A stretch of 64,000 bases of DNA from an uncultured Candidatus Saccharibacteria bacterium (lineage in GTDB: Bacteria; Patescibacteriota; Minisyncoccia; Phycocordibacterales; UBA918), in NCBI GenBank assembly GCA_964350985.1, contig CAYGLK010000003.1:21811-85810 (forward strand), read 5' to 3'. Below the pieces are notes generated by a model. That model had not been told where the DNA came from. It made no database searches and saw only the letters and a program-made list of their open reading frames with translations. The position numbers and the translations under genes were made by a program. Each line of letters opens with the position of its first letter. The first letter of the stretch is position 1. Shown here piece after piece: positions 28,488 through 38,670 of this stretch.

Positions 28488-30173
28488 TTATTTATTTTCT
28501 TTATTATTCTCTGCAATCTTCTTTCGTACCATTTGTTGTGCAGCATTCATACTATGCTGGTAGTAAAGTGCTTTTACTCCTCCTTTCCAAGCCCGCATGT
28601 ACAGAGCATTAATTTCTTTTGGAGAAACTCCAGGAGAAACCATCACATTAAGTGACTGTCCTTGATCAATAAATACTTGTCTGGCAGCTGCCTGATCAAT
28701 CACAGCATTTTGATCAATTTCAGCAAAAGTTCTAAAAACTGCTTTTTCGTTATCAGTTAAGAAATCAAGATGTTGCACTGACCCATCAGCGTCTCTGATA
28801 CTATCCCAAACTTCTTTAGTGTCCTTTCCTTTTTCTGCCAGCAACTTAAGAACGTTTGGATTTTTAATAGTCACTTTTAGTTTTGCAATATCCTTTACAT
28901 AACAGTTACTCCAAACTGGTTCGATACCCTGAGAAACTTGTCCCAGAATAAAGGCGGAGGAGGTATTTGGAGCAATTGCCATAGTAGTAGTATTACGCCG
29001 ACCGTAACCCTTTAGTACTTCTGGTTCACCATATTCTTTAGCCATTTCAGCACTCGCAGCTTTTGCTCGTTCTCCAATAAGTTTAAAAACTTCAACATTT
29101 AGTTTATTTGCTTCATCACTTTCAAACGGCAACATCTTTGATTGCAAAAGCGAATGCCACCCAAGCACACCAAGTCCAAGAGCTCGATTTTCTTTAGCAA
29201 AATTATAAGCCCGCTCCATAAAGTAGAAAGCTTGTTTTTTCTGCTCATCTTCAGAATCTCGCAAAAGTTCTAGCTTAGTACAAAACTCACTCATTACCGC
29301 GTCCAGGAAATAAGTCATCGTCTCTACCAGGTCTGTATCTTTCCAGTCGTCGTAGAAGAGGACATTGATAGAAGACAAACAACAAACAAAAGACCAATCT
29401 TCTTTACTCGGGAGCATAATCTCACTGCAGAGATTACTAGCAACGATCTTGTGTCCCTTGTCTTTATATACATCAACAGTGTTATCGTTGGCGTTATCAG
29501 TAAACAGAATGTACGGGAAGCCCATTTCACCACGCCGCTGGATCACTCGAGCCCAAATTGCTCGTTTTTCATCGTCACCCTCCACCATTGACTCCAACCA
29601 TTTATTAGTAACAGTGACAGCATGAGTCAAACCTTGGATTGGGTTTCCTTCTGTAGCAATATCCAAAAATTCCAATATGTCCATATGTTCAATTGGCATA
29701 TAGGCAGCTAAATTTCCCCGGCGCACCGAACCTTGACTGACCACATTCACCATCGTATTGAAAAGCTGCATGAAAGTTACCGGACCATTTGAAGAACCTG
29801 TATCACTGATGAGAGCTCCTCTAGGACGTAATTCTCCAAAATAAGCTGAAGTTCCTCCACCGTATTTACTCATCATCCCCACCTCACCAGCCGTATACAT
29901 AATACTGGCCATATCATCGGCAATATAAGATCCAAAACAGCTGATTGGTAGTCCTCGACCAGCACCAAAGTTACTCCAAACTGGTGAGGAAAAAGAAATC
30001 CACCCACGGCTTGTATACTCGACAATTTTGTCAGCAAAACCTGGTTTTTTAAGAATTTTTTCTGCAGCTTCAGCAATAACTCGAACCCGTTCCTCAGCTG
30101 TCTGTCCTTCAGCTAAATAGCCCCGCGCAAGGAAAGCTCTACTATTTTCATTCAGCCAGTACCATGGTTGCAT
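28488..30173 (-). CDS. nrdA: Ribonucleoside-diphosphate reductase large (catalytic) subunit lacking an ATP-cone
   Basis: 561 aa beginning directly with the barrel domain; active-site NLCSEIMLP, C-terminal tail with Tyr pair; no N-terminal ATP-cone. Confidence 0.8.
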   Translation of the reverse strand: MQPWYWLNENSRAFLARGYLAEGQTAEERVRVIAEAAEKILKKPGFADKIVEYTSRGWISFSSPVWSNFGAGRGLPISCFGSYIADDMASIMYTAGEVGMMSKYGGGTSAYFGELRPRGALISDTGSSNGPVTFMQLFNTMVNVVSQGSVRRGNLAAYMPIEHMDILEFLDIATEGNPIQGLTHAVTVTNKWLESMVEGDDEKRAIWARVIQRRGEMGFPYILFTDNANDNTVDVYKDKGHKIVASNLCSEIMLPSKEDWSFVCCLSSINVLFYDDWKDTDLVETMTYFLDAVMSEFCTKLELLRDSEDEQKKQAFYFMERAYNFAKENRALGLGVLGWHSLLQSKMLPFESDEANKLNVEVFKLIGERAKAASAEMAKEYGEPEVLKGYGRRNTTTMAIAPNTSSAFILGQVSQGIEPVWSNCYVKDIAKLKVTIKNPNVLKLLAEKGKDTKEVWDSIRDADGSVQHLDFLTDNEKAVFRTFAEIDQNAVIDQAAARQVFIDQGQSLNVMVSPGVSPKEINALYMRAWKGGVKALYYQHSMNAAQQMVRKKIAENNKENK

Positions 30174-30207
30174 ATCTTTTACGTAGTTACAAAATTAAAT
30201 AATCTGC

Positions 30208-31521
30208 CTAGAATAAATCCTCACTTGTGACACTCGCGCTTCTCTTATTGTAATTGATTGATCTCTTTTGGAAGAAATCGACGTGCTTAGTCGCGATTAC
30301 TTCAGCATCAAACCAATCAGTTTCCTCTAGTAATGCTTCACTTACTTCAAAGATACGAGGTAGACCAATAGCTACCAAAGAATCGTTGAATCGCTTCTTG
30401 ATAAATTCTTTAACATTCGCTGCTGGCATGAATTCTAACTCACCTGCTTCATAGATCCAATCAACTACCTGACTCTCAGCCTCGTAAGCATCTTTACAAG
30501 CATTGATAATCATCTCCTTACAATCGTCATCAAACCATTCTGGATGTTCTTTTTTAATGATATTAATAATATCAATTCCAAACATACCATGAATCTGCTC
30601 TTCCTTTGAAGTTGCCTCCACCGCGTTACTAATACCCTTAAACAAGTTTCGATGCTTGTTGAAAGACATAATAATCAAAAATTGTGAGAACAATGAAACG
30701 TGTTCAATAAACAGTGAAAATAGTAGCACTGAGTGCATGTACTGACGATTTTCATCAGTACGAGCTAAAGTAATAGTCTTCTCTAGATACTTAATTCTTT
30801 TTTGAATGATTGGTACTTCAGTAATTTTTTCAAATTCAGAGTTTAGTCCTAAGATCTCTAGTAAGTGAGAGTAGGCGTCAGCGTGACGTACTTCACTTTC
30901 AGCAAAAGTAAATCCGACCGCTCCAATCTCTGGCTTTGGCATCTTCTTATAGATATCTCCCCAGAAAGTTTTTACCGCTACTTCAATCTGAGCAATAGCT
31001 AACATTGCGTTCTTGAGAGCACTGCGCTCTATTGGAGAAACGTTAACGTGGAAGTCGTTGATGTCACTAGTGTAGTTAAACTCTGTATGAATCCAGTATG
31101 AGTGACGAATTGAGTCAGCATAGTCATGCAACTCTGGATATTCGTACGGTTTTAGGTTGGTTCTTTTTTGAAAAATATCACGTTCACGTAATTTCTTTCG
31201 AGCGTTACGGTAGATGATGTATGCTTTCGCGGTCTCAAAATAATCCAACTCCATCAGAGCTTGTTCAGCCAAGTCTTGGATTTCTTCTACAGCCGGATAC
31301 CCGTCGACGCACTTTTTAGACTTAGGATCAGTATCAGTAGCAGTCGCTGCCTGGACACACATTGAAACTGTTTTTTTATGCACTAGAGCTGCAACTTTTT
31401 CTGCATCTTCTGCACCGCCTTCTTTTGTCTCTTGTAATGCTTTTAGAATCGCATTTTGAATTTTGTCTAAGTTAAAAGACTGAACTGATCCGTCTCGCTT
31501 GCGAATGTTAGTGATTTCCAT
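30208..31521 (-). CDS. nrdB: Ribonucleotide reductase small (radical-generating) subunit with N-terminal ATP-cone fusion
   Basis: N-terminal NIRKRDGSVQSFNLDKIQNAILKAL ATP-cone; ferritin-like core with EVRHADAYSHLLE and second EIHG-type metal-site motif; 437 aa. Confidence 0.8.
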   Translation of the reverse strand: MEITNIRKRDGSVQSFNLDKIQNAILKALQETKEGGAEDAEKVAALVHKKTVSMCVQAATATDTDPKSKKCVDGYPAVEEIQDLAEQALMELDYFETAKAYIIYRNARKKLRERDIFQKRTNLKPYEYPELHDYADSIRHSYWIHTEFNYTSDINDFHVNVSPIERSALKNAMLAIAQIEVAVKTFWGDIYKKMPKPEIGAVGFTFAESEVRHADAYSHLLEILGLNSEFEKITEVPIIQKRIKYLEKTITLARTDENRQYMHSVLLFSLFIEHVSLFSQFLIIMSFNKHRNLFKGISNAVEATSKEEQIHGMFGIDIINIIKKEHPEWFDDDCKEMIINACKDAYEAESQVVDWIYEAGELEFMPAANVKEFIKKRFNDSLVAIGLPRIFEVSEALLEETDWFDAEVIATKHVDFFQKRSINYNKRSASVTSEDLF

Positions 31522-31904
31522 ACCTCATTGTATTGCTTAGAAATTAATAAAACTCGGTCACTGCTGATTTCGTCTTTAGGCTAATCTCTCACAAACTTAA
31601 TTGTCAGTGCTGCAATTTAAATATTGCTCAATTAAGTTTAAGAAAGATGTGTTAGCTACAGACAACCCCATGCCACGACATGGACAACATAAGTTGTGTC
31701 ATACTCACCTCCGACACACGGTGGAGAGACTCGTGCGTACTTAAGATAATAACATTTTTTTCAAAAGACGTAATTTATTAATAGGCTCCAAAATAAGACT
31801 TTTTACGAATTCCCTGTTTATACCATTGTGGATAACTATGCCTGCGCTCTAGTTAGAACTTTCTTTTTGAAAGTTGGGTACTATGCAGAGATCAAATCTG
31901 TTTT

Positions 31905-31948
31905 AGAATACAAAAAGGCGGGCCGTACGGCCCGCCTTTTTGTATTCT
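31905..31948. terminator. 44-bp perfect palindrome / bidirectional terminator downstream of mscL
   Basis: agaatacaaaaaggcgggccgtacggcccgcctttttgtattct. Confidence 0.6.
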
Positions 31949-31958
31949 GTGTCACTTT

Positions 31959-32345
31959 CTACTGTCGCTTAAGACTATCGCGAATTTCTCGAAGTAATTG
32001 GATGTCTTCTGGTGTTTCTTTTGGTTTTTCTTCCTCCTTCTTCTCTTCTTTTTTTTGTAAACGAGACAAGAACTTAATTGCTACAAACAAAGCCAAAGCA
32101 ACTACGATAAAATCAAAGATACTTTGGATAAAAACACCATAAGTTATCTCCGCTTCGCCAATCGTAAATGCCAAAGTAGTAAAATCAACTCCACCTGCTA
32201 ACACTCCGATCAAAGGAGTTACGATATTAGCTACCAATGACGAAACAATCTTTCCAAAAGCAGCACCGATAACAACCGCCACAGCCAAATCAACCACATT
32301 CCCTCTCATAGCAAACGCTTTGAACTCTTCGACAAAATTTTTCAT
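31959..32345 (-). CDS. mscL: Large-conductance mechanosensitive channel
   Basis: [27 protein letters not shown] MscL signature, 128 aa, two TM helices. Confidence 0.85.
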   Translation of the reverse strand: MKNFVEEFKAFAMRGNVVDLAVAVVIGAAFGKIVSSLVANIVTPLIGVLAGGVDFTTLAFTIGEAEITYGVFIQSIFDFIVVALALFVAIKFLSRLQKKEEKKEEEKPKETPEDIQLLREIRDSLKRQ

Positions 32346-32421
32346 ATGTACAAACTTAATTATCTGTTTAATTAACCTCTAGCAAATCTGAATTTAATTA
32401 TAAACTAAAAATAAACCTAAT

Positions 32422-33561
32422 CTAGTGTTTATGTTCGTGACTATGTCCACACAAGTCATCATCTGTGGCCACTTTATCTTTGAAGTACCACGCAGCCAAG
32501 GCAGTGGTTAGCGGTACCGCTAAGATAAGTCCAATACTCCCGACCACAATACGTAGTACTTCGGCCGCGATTACTTCTTGATTTAATAAAATGATCCAGG
32601 GGGATTCCGAATAAGAAAATAATAAAATCATTGGCAGCGACGCCCCTACATAAGCCAAGGCCAAAGTATTCACTAAAGAACCAACGTGATCCTTCCCTAC
32701 TTTGATCGCTCTTGAATACAGTTCTTTAAAATTAAAATTTGGATTGGCCGCTTTTAACTCCTGGACCACTGAGGCTTGGGTAATAGAAACATCATCAAGT
32801 ACACCTAAGAGACCGATAATGATTCCTCCAAGCAAAAGGCCAGTGAGATCAAGCGTGCCACCGGTAGCAAAGTTTAGATAAACCGAAGCATCGTCCCCAA
32901 AGCCTGAAAATCGCATCCACTCCACCCAAATCCAAGCAATAAGACACGTAGCAAACACTGCACCAAAAGTACCCAAGAAAGTTATAAATACTCTAGGCTT
33001 GAATCCATGAGTCAAAAATAAAGTGACACTCAAGATCAATCCTGAAATCACCAAACTAGACAATGCTGGAGAATACCCAGCCAGCAAAGCTGGTATTAGC
33101 AAGAAAATAATTGAAGCTATACTTAAAGCCAAGCTCAAGACGGCCCGCACACCCTGCATTCCAGAAAGCCAAACAACCAAGACAACAAAAATACCGACTA
33201 AAAGAAATAGTGGAAATCTTCTTTCAACATCCTTAAATAAGAAATACTCTGTTCCATCAATCGCCACTAAGCGATTCACGAAAATCTGGTCCCCTACCCT
33301 CAGGACCGTCAGATCATTATCAAGTCGTACCACCTCACCAGCCTTTTCTCCCTCTAGCAGCTGGATACGTAGTTCTTGAATAGTTGTCTGTGCTCCAGTT
33401 CCCAAGATATCGCGCTGCTCTTCTTTAAGCACCTCGATCACCTTAGCTTTAACGGTCTCCTGAAATTCTTGATGAACTTCTTGAGCTAAAACAGCCGTTG
33501 GCAAAAAAACTACGGCGTATAAAAAGATTGTACTGAGAAATAAGCGCTTAAACATAGTCAT
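32422..33561 (-). CDS. YibE/F-like polytopic membrane protein
   Basis: Signal/TM N-terminus, periplasmic segment, then about 8 TM helices; overall layout like YibE/F family; His-rich C-terminus (HSHEHKH). Confidence 0.4.
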   Translation of the reverse strand: MTMFKRLFLSTIFLYAVVFLPTAVLAQEVHQEFQETVKAKVIEVLKEEQRDILGTGAQTTIQELRIQLLEGEKAGEVVRLDNDLTVLRVGDQIFVNRLVAIDGTEYFLFKDVERRFPLFLLVGIFVVLVVWLSGMQGVRAVLSLALSIASIIFLLIPALLAGYSPALSSLVISGLILSVTLFLTHGFKPRVFITFLGTFGAVFATCLIAWIWVEWMRFSGFGDDASVYLNFATGGTLDLTGLLLGGIIIGLLGVLDDVSITQASVVQELKAANPNFNFKELYSRAIKVGKDHVGSLVNTLALAYVGASLPMILLFSYSESPWIILLNQEVIAAEVLRIVVGSIGLILAVPLTTALAAWYFKDKVATDDDLCGHSHEHKH

Positions 33562-33809
33562 ACATAATATATGTCGCCAAAAAGGCGATGTCTAGAGACC
33601 AGGTCTCTTAGAAGAAAAAACGGACTAAGTAAAAACCAATCCCAGCACCTAACATAAAGGTAAAAAATAACGATGCCATCAAAGGTTCTGTATCCATATA
33701 ATACAAAAAGTGTAGCACTATTGTTTTGTATTCTCAAACTAAAACTCGACTTTTTGATCAAAAATAGGTATAACTATCGTCATTGTGTTAGACGTCTAAT
33801 ACAACATAT

Positions 33810-33885
33810 GGCGGCTATGGTATAAAGGTTATTACTGGAGTTTGTGGAACTCTCAATTCGGGTTCAATTCCCGGTAGCCGCCCCA
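33810..33885 (+). tRNA. tRNA-His (anticodon GUG) with encoded G-1 and CCA
   Basis: Hand-folded cloverleaf: acceptor GCGGCTA/TAGCCGC, anticodon loop TTGTGGA (GTG), T-arm TCGGG-TTCAATT-CCCGG, discriminator C, extra 5' G pairing with C73 as in bacterial tRNA-His. Confidence 0.75.
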
Positions 33886-35481
33886 AGATAGAATCAGCTC
33901 AGCATATTGAGCATTACGCGTTGCAGTATCAAGGTTTTTGTCCAGTTCGAGCCGGTCATATTCGGCCTTTAGTGCTGGGTAGGCTTTTTCGATAGGTACG
34001 AACCAATCATTGGCTTCAATACTCACTTTTTTATCTTTTAAAATGTAGTTCTGACCAAGTGATGCAAATATCTCCCTCTTCTCTTGTGTTCCTCCTTTTT
34101 CAAAGGCGTGCCGAGCGTAACATGCGAAATTAAAAGTCTTCTCAGAAAGATCGAGCCAGACCTTTGCTCTATTTTCTGTAGAGTTAAGTTGTAATTTAAG
34201 TTTAGCTAACTTGAGTTTAAGAATATCTCTATCTTTAATAAACTGACCATCGTCAATTAAATCTCGATAGCGCATTTGTGTCAGTGTATCAAGCTGTTTT
34301 TGGACATCAGCATATGCTCTGTGTTGTTGTTCGTATATTTTTGTCCGCTCTTGTATCTCTTTGTCGTTTCGCTTATTCAAAATATCTATTGCCCATTCCT
34401 GAAACTTAGGCAAAATCGTGTATCGTTCAAGTTCTATATCGACCTGTTCTTCAAACTTATCTAGAGTGACTGGTTTTTGTTTACAAATACGTTTATTCGT
34501 TTGTTTATCCTTCTTTTTGTGAGTGCAGTGATAATAAGAGTATGTCTTAAGTTCGCCTGTTTTCTTTACTATTTTTTGCTTTACAGACGCCGTACACATA
34601 GCACTACACTCTCCGCAAGTCACTAACCCAGTAAAAGAAGACTCGTGAATCTGATTACGAGGCTTACCCTCTCTTCCTAAGATGATTTGAGCCTTATCAA
34701 ACTCATCAACTGAAATCATAGCTTTGTGATTCCCAGCATATACATTACCTGACCAAGTAAAGACCCCTGTATAAAATTGATTTGTAAAAATACGATACAG
34801 AGAACTCAAACCTATCGGCGTACCTCCTGATCGTTTTGTCTTTGGTGTTCTGAAGCCCCATTCTTCATTAGCAATCTTATGGATTTGTGTAACTGTATAA
34901 TTACCAGTAAGCAACATACTCCACATTTTTCTTACCATGTCCCAACGTTCTTCATCAGCATAGATTTCATGAATCAGTAAATCATTGTAGTAGCCCATTG
35001 GCGCCCTAGAAGGAAGCCAACCTTTATCAGCTTTACTCTGCATACCCCGACGACTTACAATCGCCAAATCACGAATGTATTGATTGGCCATAGCTCCTTC
35101 GACGCTAAATAAAAGTACATTATCTTCTGGAAGATACTCACGATCCATTGTTTGTATTACTTTGATAATACCCTTCTGTAACATCCAACCGAGTTTTCCA
35201 GAGTCTATTGGATTACGAGACAATCGATTGATATGCCAGCATAAAATACCATCAGCTTCTCCTTCCTCAATACGATCAAGCATTGCTTCAAACTTTGGTC
35301 GAATATATGGCATCTTTGAAGATTTTGATTCTTCTATAACTTCAACAATCTTGATCCCCAGACGCTCAGCTAAAGGCTTAAGCGCATTTACTTGATCGTC
35401 GATTGACTGCAATTGACGGTCAGAACTTTCATCTGAAGATCTTCTTGCATAAAGAAATAGCTTAGTTTTCTTTTCATTCAT
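33853..35481 (-). CDS. Large serine recombinase (resolvase/invertase catalytic domain, recombinase domain, zinc ribbon, coiled-coil)
   Basis: N-terminal YARRSSDESSDRQL (catalytic Ser) and RLSRN motif; C-terminal Cys cluster CGEC...YYHC; its last 11 codons are antisense to the 3' end of tRNA-His. Confidence 0.85.
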   Translation of the reverse strand: MNEKKTKLFLYARRSSDESSDRQLQSIDDQVNALKPLAERLGIKIVEVIEESKSSKMPYIRPKFEAMLDRIEEGEADGILCWHINRLSRNPIDSGKLGWMLQKGIIKVIQTMDREYLPEDNVLLFSVEGAMANQYIRDLAIVSRRGMQSKADKGWLPSRAPMGYYNDLLIHEIYADEERWDMVRKMWSMLLTGNYTVTQIHKIANEEWGFRTPKTKRSGGTPIGLSSLYRIFTNQFYTGVFTWSGNVYAGNHKAMISVDEFDKAQIILGREGKPRNQIHESSFTGLVTCGECSAMCTASVKQKIVKKTGELKTYSYYHCTHKKKDKQTNKRICKQKPVTLDKFEEQVDIELERYTILPKFQEWAIDILNKRNDKEIQERTKIYEQQHRAYADVQKQLDTLTQMRYRDLIDDGQFIKDRDILKLKLAKLKLQLNSTENRAKVWLDLSEKTFNFACYARHAFEKGGTQEKREIFASLGQNYILKDKKVSIEANDWFVPIEKAYPALKAEYDRLELDKNLDTATRNAQYAELILSWGGYRELNPN

Positions 35482-35746
35482 AGTTATTATATTTTACACC
35501 ACTTTTTTTATCTTCAGCGAGCCTAGTAACAAGATCGTTTTTTGTATCACTTCTTTTTTGTTCTATATTTTTATACTCTTCTAATGTCATAGGCTTATAA
35601 ACATGGGACATTAGAGTCACCAGCTTGAGTCCCTGCTCAGCAGCTGCTTCCTTTGATATTTCAGTTCCAAACTCTACTTTGTAGATTTGTTGAAACTTCT
35701 CAATGTCTTTGTTTGTAAGCATTTTTATAATTTGGTACAGCCCCAC
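35474..35746 (-). CDS. Hypothetical small protein, translationally coupled upstream of the recombinase
   Basis: 90-aa ORF overlapping recombinase start by 8 nt; no motif. Confidence 0.4.
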   Translation of the reverse strand: MGLYQIIKMLTNKDIEKFQQIYKVEFGTEISKEAAAEQGLKLVTLMSHVYKPMTLEEYKNIEQKRSDTKNDLVTRLAEDKKSGVKYNNYE

Positions 35747-36153
35747 TTTTACCTTTTGAGTGATGGCTCTAGTAGGGATATGGGTGAGGATTTATGAGAG
35801 TAAACAAATAGTGTATTTATGAAAGAAATTACCTAAGAGATCTTTCACATACCTTGACCTATCTCCGACCCTCTTCAGACGACAGGGACAGAGTGGGCAA
35901 CTGTTTTTCCCTGTGTTCGCAAGAAGACCTGAAATAGGGCTCAATTTTATTTAATGTAAGTGGATTGTTTTTACTCCAGTGCTCCCCTTAAAAACTGGCT
36001 CTTGTTTACTCGTTAATCACAAAAAGCAGTAAATCGATCTAGAGCAATCGACGTACTGCTTTTTATGCTCTAGATAAAACACTTGATGTGCCCAAAGAGA
36101 ATACGAAAAATCCCACTCCTTCTGAATGGGATAAATCTGGGATGAGTCTGTGA

Positions 36154-36933
36154 TTAGTCTAGAATTAAAGTAAGCTGCCAATAACTTCTATTAAATGCGA
36201 ATCCTGAACCTCCTAAAATAAGTGGCTCTTCATTCAAAGACTTATTGGTAAAGGATTCATTAATATCTCTTATTGCAGTCGAGATGGCGTCTGCAGTCAT
36301 AACAGGTACTTTTGTACCTTCTGTATCATGCCGCAATTTAGATTTAGTTATGATCTCTTTAGCGGAAAGCCTTGATTTACCAAAATTATCAATCAAAACT
36401 TTCATAACCTCTAATGGCACTCCTCTGCTGGGAACGTAGAATGGATCATCCTTAAAACCGACTGGAGCAACTGTCCCATCTTTCCAAAGACCTAGTTTAT
36501 ATTTATCTGATTGTTTATCATCAATAAGCTGAACCAGCTCTTTACAAGGCAGTGAGTAAACATTCCTGAAGACGCCACCAATTATCTGCGGCTCTCCTTC
36601 AAGATAAAAAGGAGTTTGTGACTCTATCTTGGTATAGTCGGGCATGTCTGGCTCGTCAAAAATATCTCTATACAACTTTCGACTTAAATCGTACGCCTCG
36701 TGCACTCGATCTAAACTGAAATTAATGTCATAAAGTCTCTCTGCAGGTATAGCGTTTGCAATATGACCAAAATCATCACTCCAAGCCCTGTAATCAAGTA
36801 TCCTCTGTAAATATTCTCTGAGGTTTACTATTTGGTTCTCAGACAAAGCTAATAGCCACTTTTTAACATCATGCTCTAGCGCCTGATTCATAATCCATAT
36901 TCTAGCAAAATCTAGACCTCTATGCCCAAGCAA
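36154..36933 (-). CDS. Hypothetical protein (island cargo)
   Basis: 259-aa ORF, no recognisable motif. Confidence 0.4.
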   Translation of the reverse strand: MLGHRGLDFARIWIMNQALEHDVKKWLLALSENQIVNLREYLQRILDYRAWSDDFGHIANAIPAERLYDINFSLDRVHEAYDLSRKLYRDIFDEPDMPDYTKIESQTPFYLEGEPQIIGGVFRNVYSLPCKELVQLIDDKQSDKYKLGLWKDGTVAPVGFKDDPFYVPSRGVPLEVMKVLIDNFGKSRLSAKEIITKSKLRHDTEGTKVPVMTADAISTAIRDINESFTNKSLNEEPLILGGSGFAFNRSYWQLTLILD

Positions 36934-37381
36934 ATCCTAGTATTTTCCTTGCAGCATCATATTTCAGCTTTATCACCCTAACATCAGGCTCAAAAATCCA
37001 CTCCCTCTCCTGCGTAAATGAAGATGCTGTTATCTTGGAACTTATAGTGGTTGAGTTACTCATTCTAAATACCTGTTGTATTACTTTTTGATTACCAAGT
37101 ACGATTTCATCTTTCAAATAGCGCAAATCTGCACGCTGCTGAGCCTTTGCAACTACTTCGTCTAAAGACTGTGCAGAAGGGGCATCTGTCGGCACATAAC
37201 CCCTTCTCTTCCAACTGGAATAGGTGTGTCTGGAAATCTTATACCCATCAAGTAAAAGATACTTTGAGTGCCGTGACATCAAGGGCTTACCTGATAAAAT
37301 GCGCTCCCTAATCGCACATTGAATATCCCGCGTTAGTGCACGAGGTTTAGGATTAAAGATTGATTTTAATGGCTTTTTCAC
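36920..37381 (-). CDS. Hypothetical basic protein (island cargo)
   Basis: 153-aa ORF overlapping downstream gene by 14 nt (operon-like); no motif. Confidence 0.4.
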   Translation of the reverse strand: MKKPLKSIFNPKPRALTRDIQCAIRERILSGKPLMSRHSKYLLLDGYKISRHTYSSWKRRGYVPTDAPSAQSLDEVVAKAQQRADLRYLKDEIVLGNQKVIQQVFRMSNSTTISSKITASSFTQEREWIFEPDVRVIKLKYDAARKILGFAWA

Positions 37382-37428
37382 TAAAACATTCTAGCATTTT
37401 TACATAAAACACTCATCTCGCGCGCATA

Positions 37429-37872
37429 TTATCTTGATTTTGGAAGCGGCAAACACAACATCCCGTAAATGAACTTATACCTCTTATCATCTCTCACTCT
37501 ACATGTCTCATGTATAGCCTTCATCATTCCTATTTCATTCTCCTGAGGGTGGTAGCCGAACTTATCTGTAAGATCTAAAAGCATCATCCATACAACCACG
37601 TCATGCCACGTTAATCGCTCCCAGAGTGTGTTTTGCCAGTCATCTACATATTTATACTTTAATCTGTCTCTTGACTCATTCTGGAGCGTTTCAAGCGAAT
37701 GTAGATGTACTGTGGCGTTTTTCAACACAACGCTGGCAATGTAAGCATCCACCACGCTTCTATTCTCTGGCTTCTGCTCAAGTAGCACGGCACGGGCATC
37801 TACATAGTTTAATGCTATTTTTTGCTGTTTATTAAATACTTTACAAGAAAGTGGGGTGTCTTTAAGTTTCAT
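37429..37872 (-). CDS. Hypothetical protein (island cargo)
   Basis: 147-aa ORF. Confidence 0.4.
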   Translation of the reverse strand: MKLKDTPLSCKVFNKQQKIALNYVDARAVLLEQKPENRSVVDAYIASVVLKNATVHLHSLETLQNESRDRLKYKYVDDWQNTLWERLTWHDVVVWMMLLDLTDKFGYHPQENEIGMMKAIHETCRVRDDKRYKFIYGMLCLPLPKSR

Positions 37873-37873
37873 A

Positions 37874-38272
37874 TTATTCCTTTCCTCTTTTATAGGCAGT
37901 CTCGAATAGCTCCCTCCTACTTGAAGCAGCCTTACTCTCTTCGCTCCATGAACTTGAAGGCGATTCTTTTGATTTACGTACTAGATCGAACAGTTCCTTA
38001 TCCTCTAAGGTAAGAATGGTATCCAACACCTGACTGACCCGCTTACGATATGAATAATCTCTAAGCCAAAGTATTAAAACTCCCCACCAAAGAAAAACTA
38101 CTGTTGGCAGACCGACAAAAGACCAATCTCCAGTTTGGTATAAATAACCGTTATATTCCTGAGCAAGAATATTTAGTAAACTTGGTATAACGAAAATAAG
38201 AACGACCATGCCTACATACTTCACCCAGTCTGGCAGGTTTTCTATTTTCATATACTTAAGAAAACTCCCCAA
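37874..38272 (-). CDS. Hypothetical two-TM membrane protein (island cargo)
   Basis: 132 aa with two hydrophobic helices then charged tail. Confidence 0.4.
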   Translation of the reverse strand: MGSFLKYMKIENLPDWVKYVGMVVLIFVIPSLLNILAQEYNGYLYQTGDWSFVGLPTVVFLWWGVLILWLRDYSYRKRVSQVLDTILTLEDKELFDLVRKSKESPSSSWSEESKAASSRRELFETAYKRGKE

Positions 38273-38670
38273 ATCACTAGAGAGCCCAGAAATACAAAAA
38301 ACTTTTGGGCTACAGGCTTTACATTTCGATTTTTAAATACTTGCTTTAGTAGATAGTAGCTAATTAAAAGTGACAGCAAGTATGACGGAAGGTTTTGCAA
38401 AAAAGTAGCGTAGGCTGTGTGTATTAGGAAGTCATTCATGTGTTAAAGATTATTTAATAATCCCAGCGTAGACTTCAGGTACACAAAGCCCGCTACCAGG
38501 AGGGACGAGTCCCCTACACAAGTTTCCCTGTGCAACGAAAGCAACGCCCTGATAACGGGTTCTCTGTTGCTTTCGATTTGCGACCATACCGCTTGCTTAG
38601 CCAGCGGGTTAGGTCATTTATATTCAGTTGTACACTCTATGCTAGCATATAAAACAAATATAACTACCAT

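Noticed and set aside
31828-32142. Track ORF of 104 aa in the nrdB-mscL spacer
   Set aside because: It overlaps the mscL coding region antisense and the terminator palindrome. Low-complexity composition. Likely spurious.
33558-33761. 67-aa ORF upstream of tRNA-His
   Set aside because: It overlaps the YibE/F gene end and the tRNA promoter region (TTGATC...TATAACT). No support as a gene.
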